A DNA stretch of 38,485 bases, taken from positions 1 to 38,485 of the forward strand of contig CAZEBD010000003.1 in NCBI GenBank assembly GCA_964510625.1, given 5' to 3'. A model generated the notes under the pieces. That model saw only the letters and a list, made by a program, of their open reading frames with translations. It was not told where the DNA came from and did not search any database. Origin of the DNA: an uncultured Planctomycetales bacterium (lineage in GTDB: Bacteria; Omnitrophota; Gorgyraeia; Gygaellales; Profunditerraquicolaceae). The translations under genes and the position numbers were made by a program. Of the stretch, positions 7,936 to 15,060 are shown piece by piece. Positions within the stretch are counted from its first letter, which is position 1. Every line of letters starts with the position of its first letter.

Positions 7936-8313
7936 ATGAAAATTTGCGTTACTTCAGAAGGCGGCAATTTAGATTCTAAGGTAGATCCACGCTTTGGCAG
8001 GTGTCAGTATTTCATTATTGTTGATACCGATACTTTAGAATTTGAGGCTATTGTAAATCCGAACATTGAATCTATGGGCGGTGCGGGTATTCAATCTGCG
8101 CAGCTGGTTGCTTCAAAACAGGTTAAGGCTGTGGTAACAGGGAACGTCGGACCGAATGCTTTCCAAACATTACAGGCTGCGGGGGTAGGGATTTTTACCA
8201 ATGCATCGGGCACCATAAAGGAAGCGATTGAAAAATACAAAAAAGGAGAGTTTAAGGCAGTGTCCGGCCCGAGCGTTGTTTCACATTCCGGCATGCCGAA
8301 TAAAAATAAATAA
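7936..8313 (+). CDS. NifX/ORP-like metal-cluster-binding protein (paralogue)
   Basis: 125 aa from ATG 7936 (GGGAG upstream). MKICVTSEGGNLDSKVDPRFGRCQYFIIVD...VKAVVTGNVGPNAFQTLQAAGV. Confidence 0.7.
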   Translation: MKICVTSEGGNLDSKVDPRFGRCQYFIIVDTDTLEFEAIVNPNIESMGGAGIQSAQLVASKQVKAVVTGNVGPNAFQTLQAAGVGIFTNASGTIKEAIEKYKKGEFKAVSGPSVVSHSGMPNKNK

Positions 8314-8327
8314 CCAGGAGAATGTAA

Positions 8328-8441
8328 ATGGCAGCGAAAATAGATATAAATAAATGTAACGGTTGCGGTATATGCCAGGATATTTGCGTCGAGTGCGGTG
8401 CCTGCGCAAATCAGTGCCCGAACGATGCGATATTAATTTAG
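8328..8441 (+). CDS. 37-aa mini-ferredoxin (4Fe-4S-type Cys motifs); absent from the supplied ORF track
   Basis: Translated by hand as MAAKIDINKCNGCGICQDICVECGACANQCPNDAILI. AGGAGAA lies 6 nt upstream and the ORF fills the gap between two genes exactly. It has seven Cys arranged as two overlapping CxxCxxCxxxC motifs that share Cys20. Confidence 0.6.
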   Translation: MAAKIDINKCNGCGICQDICVECGACANQCPNDAILI

Positions 8442-8453
8442 GAGGTGATCATT

Positions 8454-8705
8454 ATGCCATTTTTTGAGTCAATTGAGAAGATGGATCCGAAACATGTTGA
8501 TTTAGAAAGAGCCAGGAAATCTTTGCGGGAAGAGCTTGAAGCGGTTGATTTTTATCAGGAGAGAATAGATGCTACTGATGATGATTCGCTTAAAAAATTA
8601 CTTGCGCACAATATGAATGAAGAAAAAGAGCATGCGGCGATGCTTATAGAATGGATCAGAAAGAATGACCTTGTGCAAAACAAGATGTTTGATGAGCACG
8701 ATTAG
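8454..8705 (+). CDS. Encapsulated-ferritin-like (EncFtn family) protein with no encapsulin partner in the window
   Basis: 83 aa with AGGAGGTGA upstream. EELEAVDFYQERIDATDD..LKKLLAHNMNEEKEHAAMLIEWIRKND closely parallels the R. rubrum EncFtn core as I recall it (EELEAVDWYDQRVDA...ILAHNRDEEKEHAAM.LEWLRR.D). This includes the Glu and ExxH metal ligand positions. Confidence 0.65.
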   Translation: MPFFESIEKMDPKHVDLERARKSLREELEAVDFYQERIDATDDDSLKKLLAHNMNEEKEHAAMLIEWIRKNDLVQNKMFDEHD

Positions 8706-8717
8706 GAGGTGATTGTT

Positions 8718-8924
8718 ATGCCAAGAGGAGATGGAACTGGCCCTAGAAACCAAGGTCTTGGGATGGGAAGAGGTATGGGGATGGGTAGAGGCAGAAGGGG
8801 CAATGCGGGCCCGGGAGGAAATTGTGTATGTCCTGCTTGCGGAGAAAAGGTTGTCCACCCGGCGGGTACGCCTTGCGCTTCAATGAATTGCCCTAAATGC
8901 GGGATAAGAATGGTAAGGGAATAA
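8718..8924 (+). CDS. DUF5320-motif / RG-rich / zinc-ribbon mini-protein
   Basis: 68 aa. MPRGDGTGPRNQGLGMGRGMGMGRGRRGNAGPGG followed by CVCPACG...CPKCG (two CxxC pairs). The first 27 nt match the internal repeat at 7153 at 25 of 27 positions. Confidence 0.6.
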   Translation: MPRGDGTGPRNQGLGMGRGMGMGRGRRGNAGPGGNCVCPACGEKVVHPAGTPCASMNCPKCGIRMVRE

Positions 8925-8934
8925 GGATTAAATT

Positions 8935-9540
8935 TTGGAATATGAAGTTCTTGAAAATCATAAAAGGTATTTAGAAAGAGTCAACTTTTACCGAAGTCAT
9001 GGGTATGACTTAGAAAAGGAAAGAGATTTTATCCTCAATAAATCCCTGCCTATTTCTAAAGAAATTCTTGAAATCGGGACCGGTAAAGGCCACTTTACGC
9101 TTGCTTTAGCAAAGCGAGGCTATAGTTTTATCAGTATAGATATCTCTATGCAGGAACAAGAGATTGCTATGTTGAACTTGCGTTATTTTGGTCTGGAAAA
9201 GCAAGTTGTTCTTAAAATCGAAGATGCGGCAGTCTTGAGTTTTCCGGACCAAAGTTTTAATACTATCTTTTCTATTAATGTATTTCACCACCTTAAAAAA
9301 CCACAAGCGGTTTTAGGCCAAATAATCCGTCTTTTGCGCAATGGCGGTAAGGTGGTATTAAGCGATTTCAGTAATAAAGGGTTGGAGATAATTAACGCCT
9401 GCCATACTTCCGAAGGCCGCAGGCATGATTATTTTAAACATCGCTTAAACGAGGCGAAGGAGTATTTTATCGCGGCAGGTTTTAATGTAAAAAAGGTTCA
9501 AAGCGAAGTTCAAGAAGTGCTTATTGCTGAACGGATTTAA
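8935..9540 (+). CDS. Class I SAM-dependent methyltransferase (tandem paralogue 1)
   Basis: 201 aa with a TTG start. Motif I ILEIGTGKGHFTLALAKRG, then FNTIFSINVFHHL and GGKVVLSDF. Confidence 0.7.
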   Translation: MEYEVLENHKRYLERVNFYRSHGYDLEKERDFILNKSLPISKEILEIGTGKGHFTLALAKRGYSFISIDISMQEQEIAMLNLRYFGLEKQVVLKIEDAAVLSFPDQSFNTIFSINVFHHLKKPQAVLGQIIRLLRNGGKVVLSDFSNKGLEIINACHTSEGRRHDYFKHRLNEAKEYFIAAGFNVKKVQSEVQEVLIAERI

Positions 9541-9561
9541 GGCTAAAAAAAGGATTAAACC

Positions 9562-10203
9562 TTGGATAATGAAATTCTTGAAAATCATAAAATATATTTA
9601 GAGAGAAAAAAGCTTTATCAAAGTTTTGGTTACGACATAGAGAAGGAAAGAGATTTTATCCTAGAGCAGGCCAAGCCTCTCTATGGGAGGATTCTTGAAG
9701 CCGGGACCGGTAAGGGTAATTTTGCGCTGGCTTTAGCTAAAGCCGGGTATTCTTTTGTTACTTTTGATATATCCGCAGTTCAGCAGCGTTTTGCAAAGTT
9801 AAATATAGCGCATTTTGGTTTCCAGGCGCAGGTAGATTTCAGGATTGAAAACGGCGAACATACCAGTTTTTCTGATGGTAGTTTTGATACCGTCCTTTCT
9901 ATCAATGTTATTCATCATCTGCGCAATCCCCATCAAGTACTTGATGAATTAATTAGGCTGCTTTCACAAAATGGAAAATTAATTTTAGCGGATTTTACCG
10001 AAGAAGGTTTTAAAATTATGGATAAGATCCACGCTCTTGAAGGCAATAAACATGAAGTGGGTAAGGTTAAATTAATAGATGCTCAGGCCTATTTAAGGGA
10101 AAAGCGTTTTTTGGTAAGAAGTATCCAGAGTATGTATCAATGTGTATTAATTGCAAGCAGGGACTTAAATAAAATCAATGATCATTTCAATTGCCAGCGG
10201 TAA
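9562..10203 (+). CDS. Class I SAM-dependent methyltransferase (tandem paralogue 2)
   Basis: 213 aa with a TTG start in the same context (AAGGATTAAA-n-TTGGA). ILEAGTGKGNFALALAKAG, then FDTVLSINVIHHL. It shares the N-terminal block ILENHK.YLER...Y.S.GYD.EKERDFIL with the upstream paralogue. Confidence 0.7.
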   Translation: MDNEILENHKIYLERKKLYQSFGYDIEKERDFILEQAKPLYGRILEAGTGKGNFALALAKAGYSFVTFDISAVQQRFAKLNIAHFGFQAQVDFRIENGEHTSFSDGSFDTVLSINVIHHLRNPHQVLDELIRLLSQNGKLILADFTEEGFKIMDKIHALEGNKHEVGKVKLIDAQAYLREKRFLVRSIQSMYQCVLIASRDLNKINDHFNCQR

Positions 10204-11032
10204 GGGCGGCACAGGTAAAACTACGGTTGCGGTTAATTTGGCGTTATCCATTGATAACGTGCAGTTTCTTGACTGTGATGTTGAGGAGCCTAACGCCCAC
10301 ATTTTCTTAAAACCGGTAATCAAAAAACAGGATAAAGCTTATATTCCGGTTCCGGAGATTGATGATTCAAAATGCGTTTATTGCGGCAAATGCGCTAAGG
10401 TTTGTGTTTATAATGCAATAGCGGTACTTCCGGGGAAAGATGGGAAAAAAGGGACTACTTTGGTATTCGCGAATTTGTGCCACGGCTGCGGCGCCTGCAG
10501 TGCTCTTTGCCCTGAAAAGGCAATAAAAGAAGTAAATAGAGAGATCGGGGTAGTTGAGATAGGTAATTGCGGAAAAATAGAATTTATTCATGGGTTGCTG
10601 AATATCGGCGAAGCAATGTCTCCGCCGCTCATTCGCCAGGTTAAAGAGCATATTAATCCTAAAAAAACCGTCATCATTGATGCTCCCCCGGGCACGTCTT
10701 GCCCTGTAGTTACTTCTGTTAAGGACAGTGATTTTTGCGTGTTAGTTACCGAGCCTACGCCTTTTGGCCTAAATGACTTGATTTTAGCGGTTGAGGTTTT
10801 GAGAAAATTAAAGATCCCCTTTGGGGTAGTTATCAACCGCTCGGATTTAGGAAATAATAAAACAGAAGAATATTGTAAGCAAGAAAATATTTCCGTTTTG
10901 ATGAGGATACCGTTTAAAAGAGAAATAGCCATGGCTTATTCAAAGGGGGAGGCGATTGTTCAGGCATTTCCAGAATATAAAAAAGATTTCCAGAGGCTTT
11001 TTAAGCTAATTAGAGATGGAAAATTTAGTTAA
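10178..11032 (+). CDS. MinD/ParA-type P-loop ATPase with an inserted 2x[4Fe-4S] ferredoxin domain
   Basis: 284 aa. Deviant Walker A SGKGGTGKTT, then CVYCGKCAKVC and CHGCGACSALCP, then IIDAPPGTSCPV. Confidence 0.8.
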   Translation: MIISIASGKGGTGKTTVAVNLALSIDNVQFLDCDVEEPNAHIFLKPVIKKQDKAYIPVPEIDDSKCVYCGKCAKVCVYNAIAVLPGKDGKKGTTLVFANLCHGCGACSALCPEKAIKEVNREIGVVEIGNCGKIEFIHGLLNIGEAMSPPLIRQVKEHINPKKTVIIDAPPGTSCPVVTSVKDSDFCVLVTEPTPFGLNDLILAVEVLRKLKIPFGVVINRSDLGNNKTEEYCKQENISVLMRIPFKREIAMAYSKGEAIVQAFPEYKKDFQRLFKLIRDGKFS

Positions 11033-11426
11033 AGATTTTTTAAAGCAGAAAAGTTTTGCTGTAGTAGGGTCATTCAGGAATGAAACAAAATTTGCCTATA
11101 AGATTTTAGTTAATTTGACAGAAAAAGGCTATGAGGTATTTCCGGTTAATCCGCGCTTGAGGGAAGTGGAGGGCAAAATTTGTTATAAAACGATAAGCGA
11201 TATTCCGTATAGTGTGGATGTGGTTAATATCGTTACACCTCCGTTAGTAACGGAAAGTATTTTAAAAGAATGCCTGCAAAAAGGCATAAAAAGAGTCTGG
11301 CTTCAGCCTGGGGCAGAGAGCCAGGCTTCCATCAGGTTTTGCCATGATAACAATATTAAGGTAGTCCATGGTGTTTGTGTAATGTTGGAATCGTTAAAAG
11401 AAGAGAAGAGGAGAGGCGATGAATAA
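11016..11426 (+). CDS. CoA-binding domain protein (YccU/YneT-like)
   Basis: 136 aa. FAVVGSFRNETKFAYKIL...GYEVFPVNP...VDVVNIVTPP...VWLQPGAES. Confidence 0.7.
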   Translation: MENLVKDFLKQKSFAVVGSFRNETKFAYKILVNLTEKGYEVFPVNPRLREVEGKICYKTISDIPYSVDVVNIVTPPLVTESILKECLQKGIKRVWLQPGAESQASIRFCHDNNIKVVHGVCVMLESLKEEKRRGDE

Positions 11427-12768
11427 AAAGACAGACATATTAATTATCGGCGCCGGTCCGGCGGGAGTAGTTTGCGCTGTAACTGCTAGAAAATATTATC
11501 CCGATAAGAGCATTACGGTGATCAAAAATATCGCCGACGGAGTGATTCCCTGTGGAATTCCGTATATGTTTGCCAGTTTAAATAACCCCGATGAAAATAA
11601 GTTAGGAATGGCCTCTTTAGAAAAGAATAATATTGAAATAGTTATTGATACAGCTGTAAGTATAAACAGAAAAGATAAAATAGTGGATTCGGAGAACAAA
11701 ATCCGGTATTCTTACGAAAAGTTAGTTTTAGCAGTTGGTTCAACCCCCTTAATCTTACCCATTAAAGGTGTAGATAAGCAAGGGGTGTATCCAATAAATA
11801 AAGAAATGGGGTATTTAAAGAATGTTATAGATCAGATTAAGCGCTGTAAGAATGTTTTAGTCATCGGCGGAGGTTTCATCGGAGTTGAGTTTGCTGATGA
11901 GCTCTCTAAAATAAAAGGTATAAAGGTTACCTTAGTAGAAATGCTGCCGCATTTACTGGCTAATTCATTTGATCCGGAGTTCTCGCAGATGGCTCAAATA
12001 CGGTTAAAGGAAAAAGGAGTCAATGTTTTAACGAATACCCGGGTTGAAGAGATAATTGGCCAAGATAAAGTGGAAAAGGTGAAGTTTAGTGATGGCCAAG
12101 AAATACCGATTGAGGGAGTAATTCTTGGTGTCGGTTCAAAGCCGAATGTAAAATTAGCAGTAGATGCCGGATTAGAACTGGGGTCCTGTAAAGGTATTTT
12201 AACTGATGAATATATGCGTACTTCGGTGGATGCGGATATTTTCGCGATTGGAGATTGTGCTTGTAAAAGGGATTTTTATACTCGAAAGGCCATCGCAGTG
12301 ATGTTGGCTTCTACCGCAACAGCCGAAGCCAGAATCGCCGGAGCTAATCTTTATCAGATAAAAGTTATCCGTGAGAATAAGGGGACGATTGCTATATATT
12401 CAACCTATATTGATGGCCTGGTTTTGGGTTCAGCGGGGCTTACCGAAAAATCTGCCCGGGATGAGAATTTTGAAATTGTCGTTTGTAGCATAGATGGTGT
12501 GGATAAACATCCCGCTTCATTGCCGGGGTCACATAAGGGTAAAATCAAGCTGATTTTCTCTAAACAGTCCGGTATTATTTTAGGCGGCCAGGTCAGCTGT
12601 GGCATGTCTTGTGCGCAAATGATCAATATAATCGGTATCGCTATCCAGAAGCGTATGTCGGCAACGGAGCTGGAGACCCTGCAGGTAGCTACGCATCCTT
12701 ATTTAACCAGCGCGCCGACGATGTACCCGATTATTTTAGCCGCGCAGGATGTGTACGGAAAATTGTAG
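11419..12768 (+). CDS. FAD-dependent pyridine nucleotide-disulfide oxidoreductase, single-Cys CoADR/NSR/NADH-oxidase type
   Basis: 449 aa. ILIIGAGPAGV (FAD), VIPCGIPYMF (redox Cys in the context seen in archaeal CoADR/NSR enzymes), VLVIGGGFIGVEFA (NAD(P)H), FAIGDC. Confidence 0.75.
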   Translation: MNKKTDILIIGAGPAGVVCAVTARKYYPDKSITVIKNIADGVIPCGIPYMFASLNNPDENKLGMASLEKNNIEIVIDTAVSINRKDKIVDSENKIRYSYEKLVLAVGSTPLILPIKGVDKQGVYPINKEMGYLKNVIDQIKRCKNVLVIGGGFIGVEFADELSKIKGIKVTLVEMLPHLLANSFDPEFSQMAQIRLKEKGVNVLTNTRVEEIIGQDKVEKVKFSDGQEIPIEGVILGVGSKPNVKLAVDAGLELGSCKGILTDEYMRTSVDADIFAIGDCACKRDFYTRKAIAVMLASTATAEARIAGANLYQIKVIRENKGTIAIYSTYIDGLVLGSAGLTEKSARDENFEIVVCSIDGVDKHPASLPGSHKGKIKLIFSKQSGIILGGQVSCGMSCAQMINIIGIAIQKRMSATELETLQVATHPYLTSAPTMYPIILAAQDVYGKL

Positions 12769-12820
12769 CTTAAAAAGATCGGAATTAAAAAGAGGCATTT
12801 ATTTTTAAAGGATAAAAATA

Positions 12821-13681
12821 ATGAAACAAATTGTAGTAATCAGCGGAAAAGGCGGCACGGGTAAAACCGTAATCACCGGAGCGTTTGCGGCTTTGGCAAA
12901 AAATCATGTTATGGCTGATTGCGATGTTGACGCAGCTGACCTGCATTTATTGCTGCAGCCAAAAATTAAATTCCGCCAAGATTTTAGAAGCGGCCTGAGC
13001 GCCGTAATTGATAAAAAAACCTGTCAGCAATGCGGCAAATGCATCGCGGCTTGTAGATTTAACGCTATCAGTGATAGTTTTGTGATTGATCATGTGTCTT
13101 GCGAGGGCTGTGGTTTTTGCAGTCATATCTGCCCGGTGGGTGCTATAAAGATGGAGGAGAACCTTGCCGGAGAATGGTTTATTTCCCAAACGCGTTTTGG
13201 TCTTATGGTGCACGCTAAGCTTGGTATCGCTGAAGAAAATTCAGGAAAACTTGTCTCTTTGGTGCGCAAGCAGGCGAAAGAATTGGCACTGAAGACCGGT
13301 TGCGATTGGGTAATTATTGACGGCGCTCCGGGCATAGGCTGCCCGGTTATCGCTTCGCTTTCCGGAATAGATTGCGCGGTAGTAGTCACTGAGCCTACGT
13401 TATCCGGCCTGCATGATGCTTTAAGGGTTATAGAAGTAACCAAACATTTTAATGTCCCCTCGCGGCTAATAATTAATAAATATGATTTAAACCCGGATAT
13501 GTCAAAAAGAATAGAAGATCATTGCGTAAAAAACGGGATTTCGTTGATCGGCAAAGTCAGGTTTGATAAAACAGTGGTTGAAGCCATGGTTGAGGGTAAG
13601 ACGATTATGGAATACAAGGATACGCCAGTTAAGGATGATATTCGCGGCATTTGGGAAAAGTTACAGGTATGGATTATATAA
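12821..13681 (+). CDS. MinD/ParA-type P-loop ATPase with an inserted 2x[4Fe-4S] ferredoxin domain (paralogue)
   Basis: 286 aa. SGKGGTGKTV, CQQCGKCIAAC, CEGCGFCSHICP, IIDGAPGIGCPV. Same architecture as 10178-11032. Confidence 0.8.
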   Translation: MKQIVVISGKGGTGKTVITGAFAALAKNHVMADCDVDAADLHLLLQPKIKFRQDFRSGLSAVIDKKTCQQCGKCIAACRFNAISDSFVIDHVSCEGCGFCSHICPVGAIKMEENLAGEWFISQTRFGLMVHAKLGIAEENSGKLVSLVRKQAKELALKTGCDWVIIDGAPGIGCPVIASLSGIDCAVVVTEPTLSGLHDALRVIEVTKHFNVPSRLIINKYDLNPDMSKRIEDHCVKNGISLIGKVRFDKTVVEAMVEGKTIMEYKDTPVKDDIRGIWEKLQVWII

Positions 13682-14667
13682 ATAGGCGGGATATTCACGT
13701 ATTAAAATATTTTTCATCGTTTATTAGCGTATCTTGCGGGAAAGTAATTAATATTACTGAGCCAACGCTTAGATTTTGCCCATTAGCAAAACATTTATGT
13801 AAAGATTTTAGCAATATAAAGGGTAATGATAAGGAAGCGATTAAAAGCGCGATTAAAAGCGTAATTGAATCAAAAATAAAAGATTATGGTTTTTTTACTG
13901 ATCATAGGAAGCTTACCTGCGGAGATGTTTTAATTCCATATGGGGCATCAGAGATGCTTATGTTGGCGTTAAGAAAAAGCGTAATTGACGTTGCAGTTGT
14001 AGTCTGTGAAGGGGCCGGTACAGTTATCGTGCCGGAGCCGGAAGTTGTCCAAGGTATAGGCGCGCGAATGAATAGCTTGTTGTTAACCTCGCCAATTAAA
14101 GGCATTATTGGAAAACTTAAAACTGCCGGTTGCCGGATAGTATCTGAAAACGCGCTGATTGACCAGTTTCGGGGGGTTAAGGAAGCGATAAAAGCAGGGT
14201 ATAAAACTATCGCTGTTACGGTAAGCGGAGATTCGGCTGAGAATTTAAAGAGGATGCGTTTGTTAGAAAAAGAAAACGGCGTTAAAATAATTTTATTGGT
14301 GGTATGCACGACTGGTATAACTAATGATAAGATTGCTATGATAGGCGATTACGCTGATTTGGTGTGGAGTTGTGCCTCTTCTGATTTGCGCCAGATGATT
14401 GGGCCTTTAGCGATAATACAACTTTCTAAACAAATACCAGTTTTTGTTTTAACTAAGAATGGAGTTGATTTTGTTTCTGCTTATGCGGAAGAAAGCGAAA
14501 ATATTCATAGTTTGGATATAAATAAACAATATCTTTTTTCAAATGATCACAGCGGGAAATGCGTGCATTTAGGAAATTTTAAGGTATTCATCAGTGTGTC
14601 TAAATTGCCGGTTAATGCCCGGAGCATGCCGAGTTTTAAAGATAAAAACGAATACGCGCCTGTATAG
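13669..14667 (+). CDS. Conserved hypothetical protein, possibly DUF2099 / methanogenesis-marker-8-like (name uncertain)
   Basis: 332 aa from ATG 13669 (13-nt overlap with the upstream gene). VVVCEGAGTVIVPEPEVVQGIGARM and IAVTVSGD resemble what I recall of DUF2099, but I cannot verify this. The gene itself is well supported by its length and operon fit; the family call is not. Confidence 0.4.
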   Translation: MDYINRRDIHVLKYFSSFISVSCGKVINITEPTLRFCPLAKHLCKDFSNIKGNDKEAIKSAIKSVIESKIKDYGFFTDHRKLTCGDVLIPYGASEMLMLALRKSVIDVAVVVCEGAGTVIVPEPEVVQGIGARMNSLLLTSPIKGIIGKLKTAGCRIVSENALIDQFRGVKEAIKAGYKTIAVTVSGDSAENLKRMRLLEKENGVKIILLVVCTTGITNDKIAMIGDYADLVWSCASSDLRQMIGPLAIIQLSKQIPVFVLTKNGVDFVSAYAEESENIHSLDINKQYLFSNDHSGKCVHLGNFKVFISVSKLPVNARSMPSFKDKNEYAPV

Positions 14668-14696
14668 ATAAAGTATCTTTTAGGAAGGATGCTTAT

Positions 14697-15044
14697 ATGG
14701 CAAGTAAGAGTAATGAAGAAGAGTTTTTTGGCAGAATGAACGATCCCACAAGTTCGTCATATTTAAAGGGGCCTTGTGGGGACGCGATGGAGTTTTATTT
14801 GGTGATTGAAGATGAAAGGATTACCGATATTAAATATTACACAGATGGATGCGGCGCCACAAGGGCATGCGCTGCAATGACCGCACATCTGGCTTATGGC
14901 AAAACTATTAATGAAGCATTGGCTATTTCAGCCGGAGAAGTGATTAAACAGCTTAAAGGCCTACCTGTAGATCACTTGCACTGTTCAATACTGTCCATAA
15001 GCACCCTTTATAGGGCAATCGCGGATTATTTATTAAAAAGGTAA
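14697..15044 (+). CDS. IscU/NifU-N-terminal-like Fe-S scaffold protein
   Basis: 115 aa. Three scaffold Cys in the canonical contexts GPCGDAMEF, TDGCGATRACAA and HLHCS. Confidence 0.7.
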   Translation: MASKSNEEEFFGRMNDPTSSSYLKGPCGDAMEFYLVIEDERITDIKYYTDGCGATRACAAMTAHLAYGKTINEALAISAGEVIKQLKGLPVDHLHCSILSISTLYRAIADYLLKR

Positions 15045-15060
15045 AAAGGGGAATTAAGAA

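Noticed and set aside
7524-8313. Nitrogen-fixation (nif) locus
   Set aside because: Only the small NifX/NifB-C-terminal-fold domain is present. There is no nifH, nifD, nifK, nifE, nifN or nifB radical-SAM gene, and the context matches ORP-like clusters of anaerobes instead.
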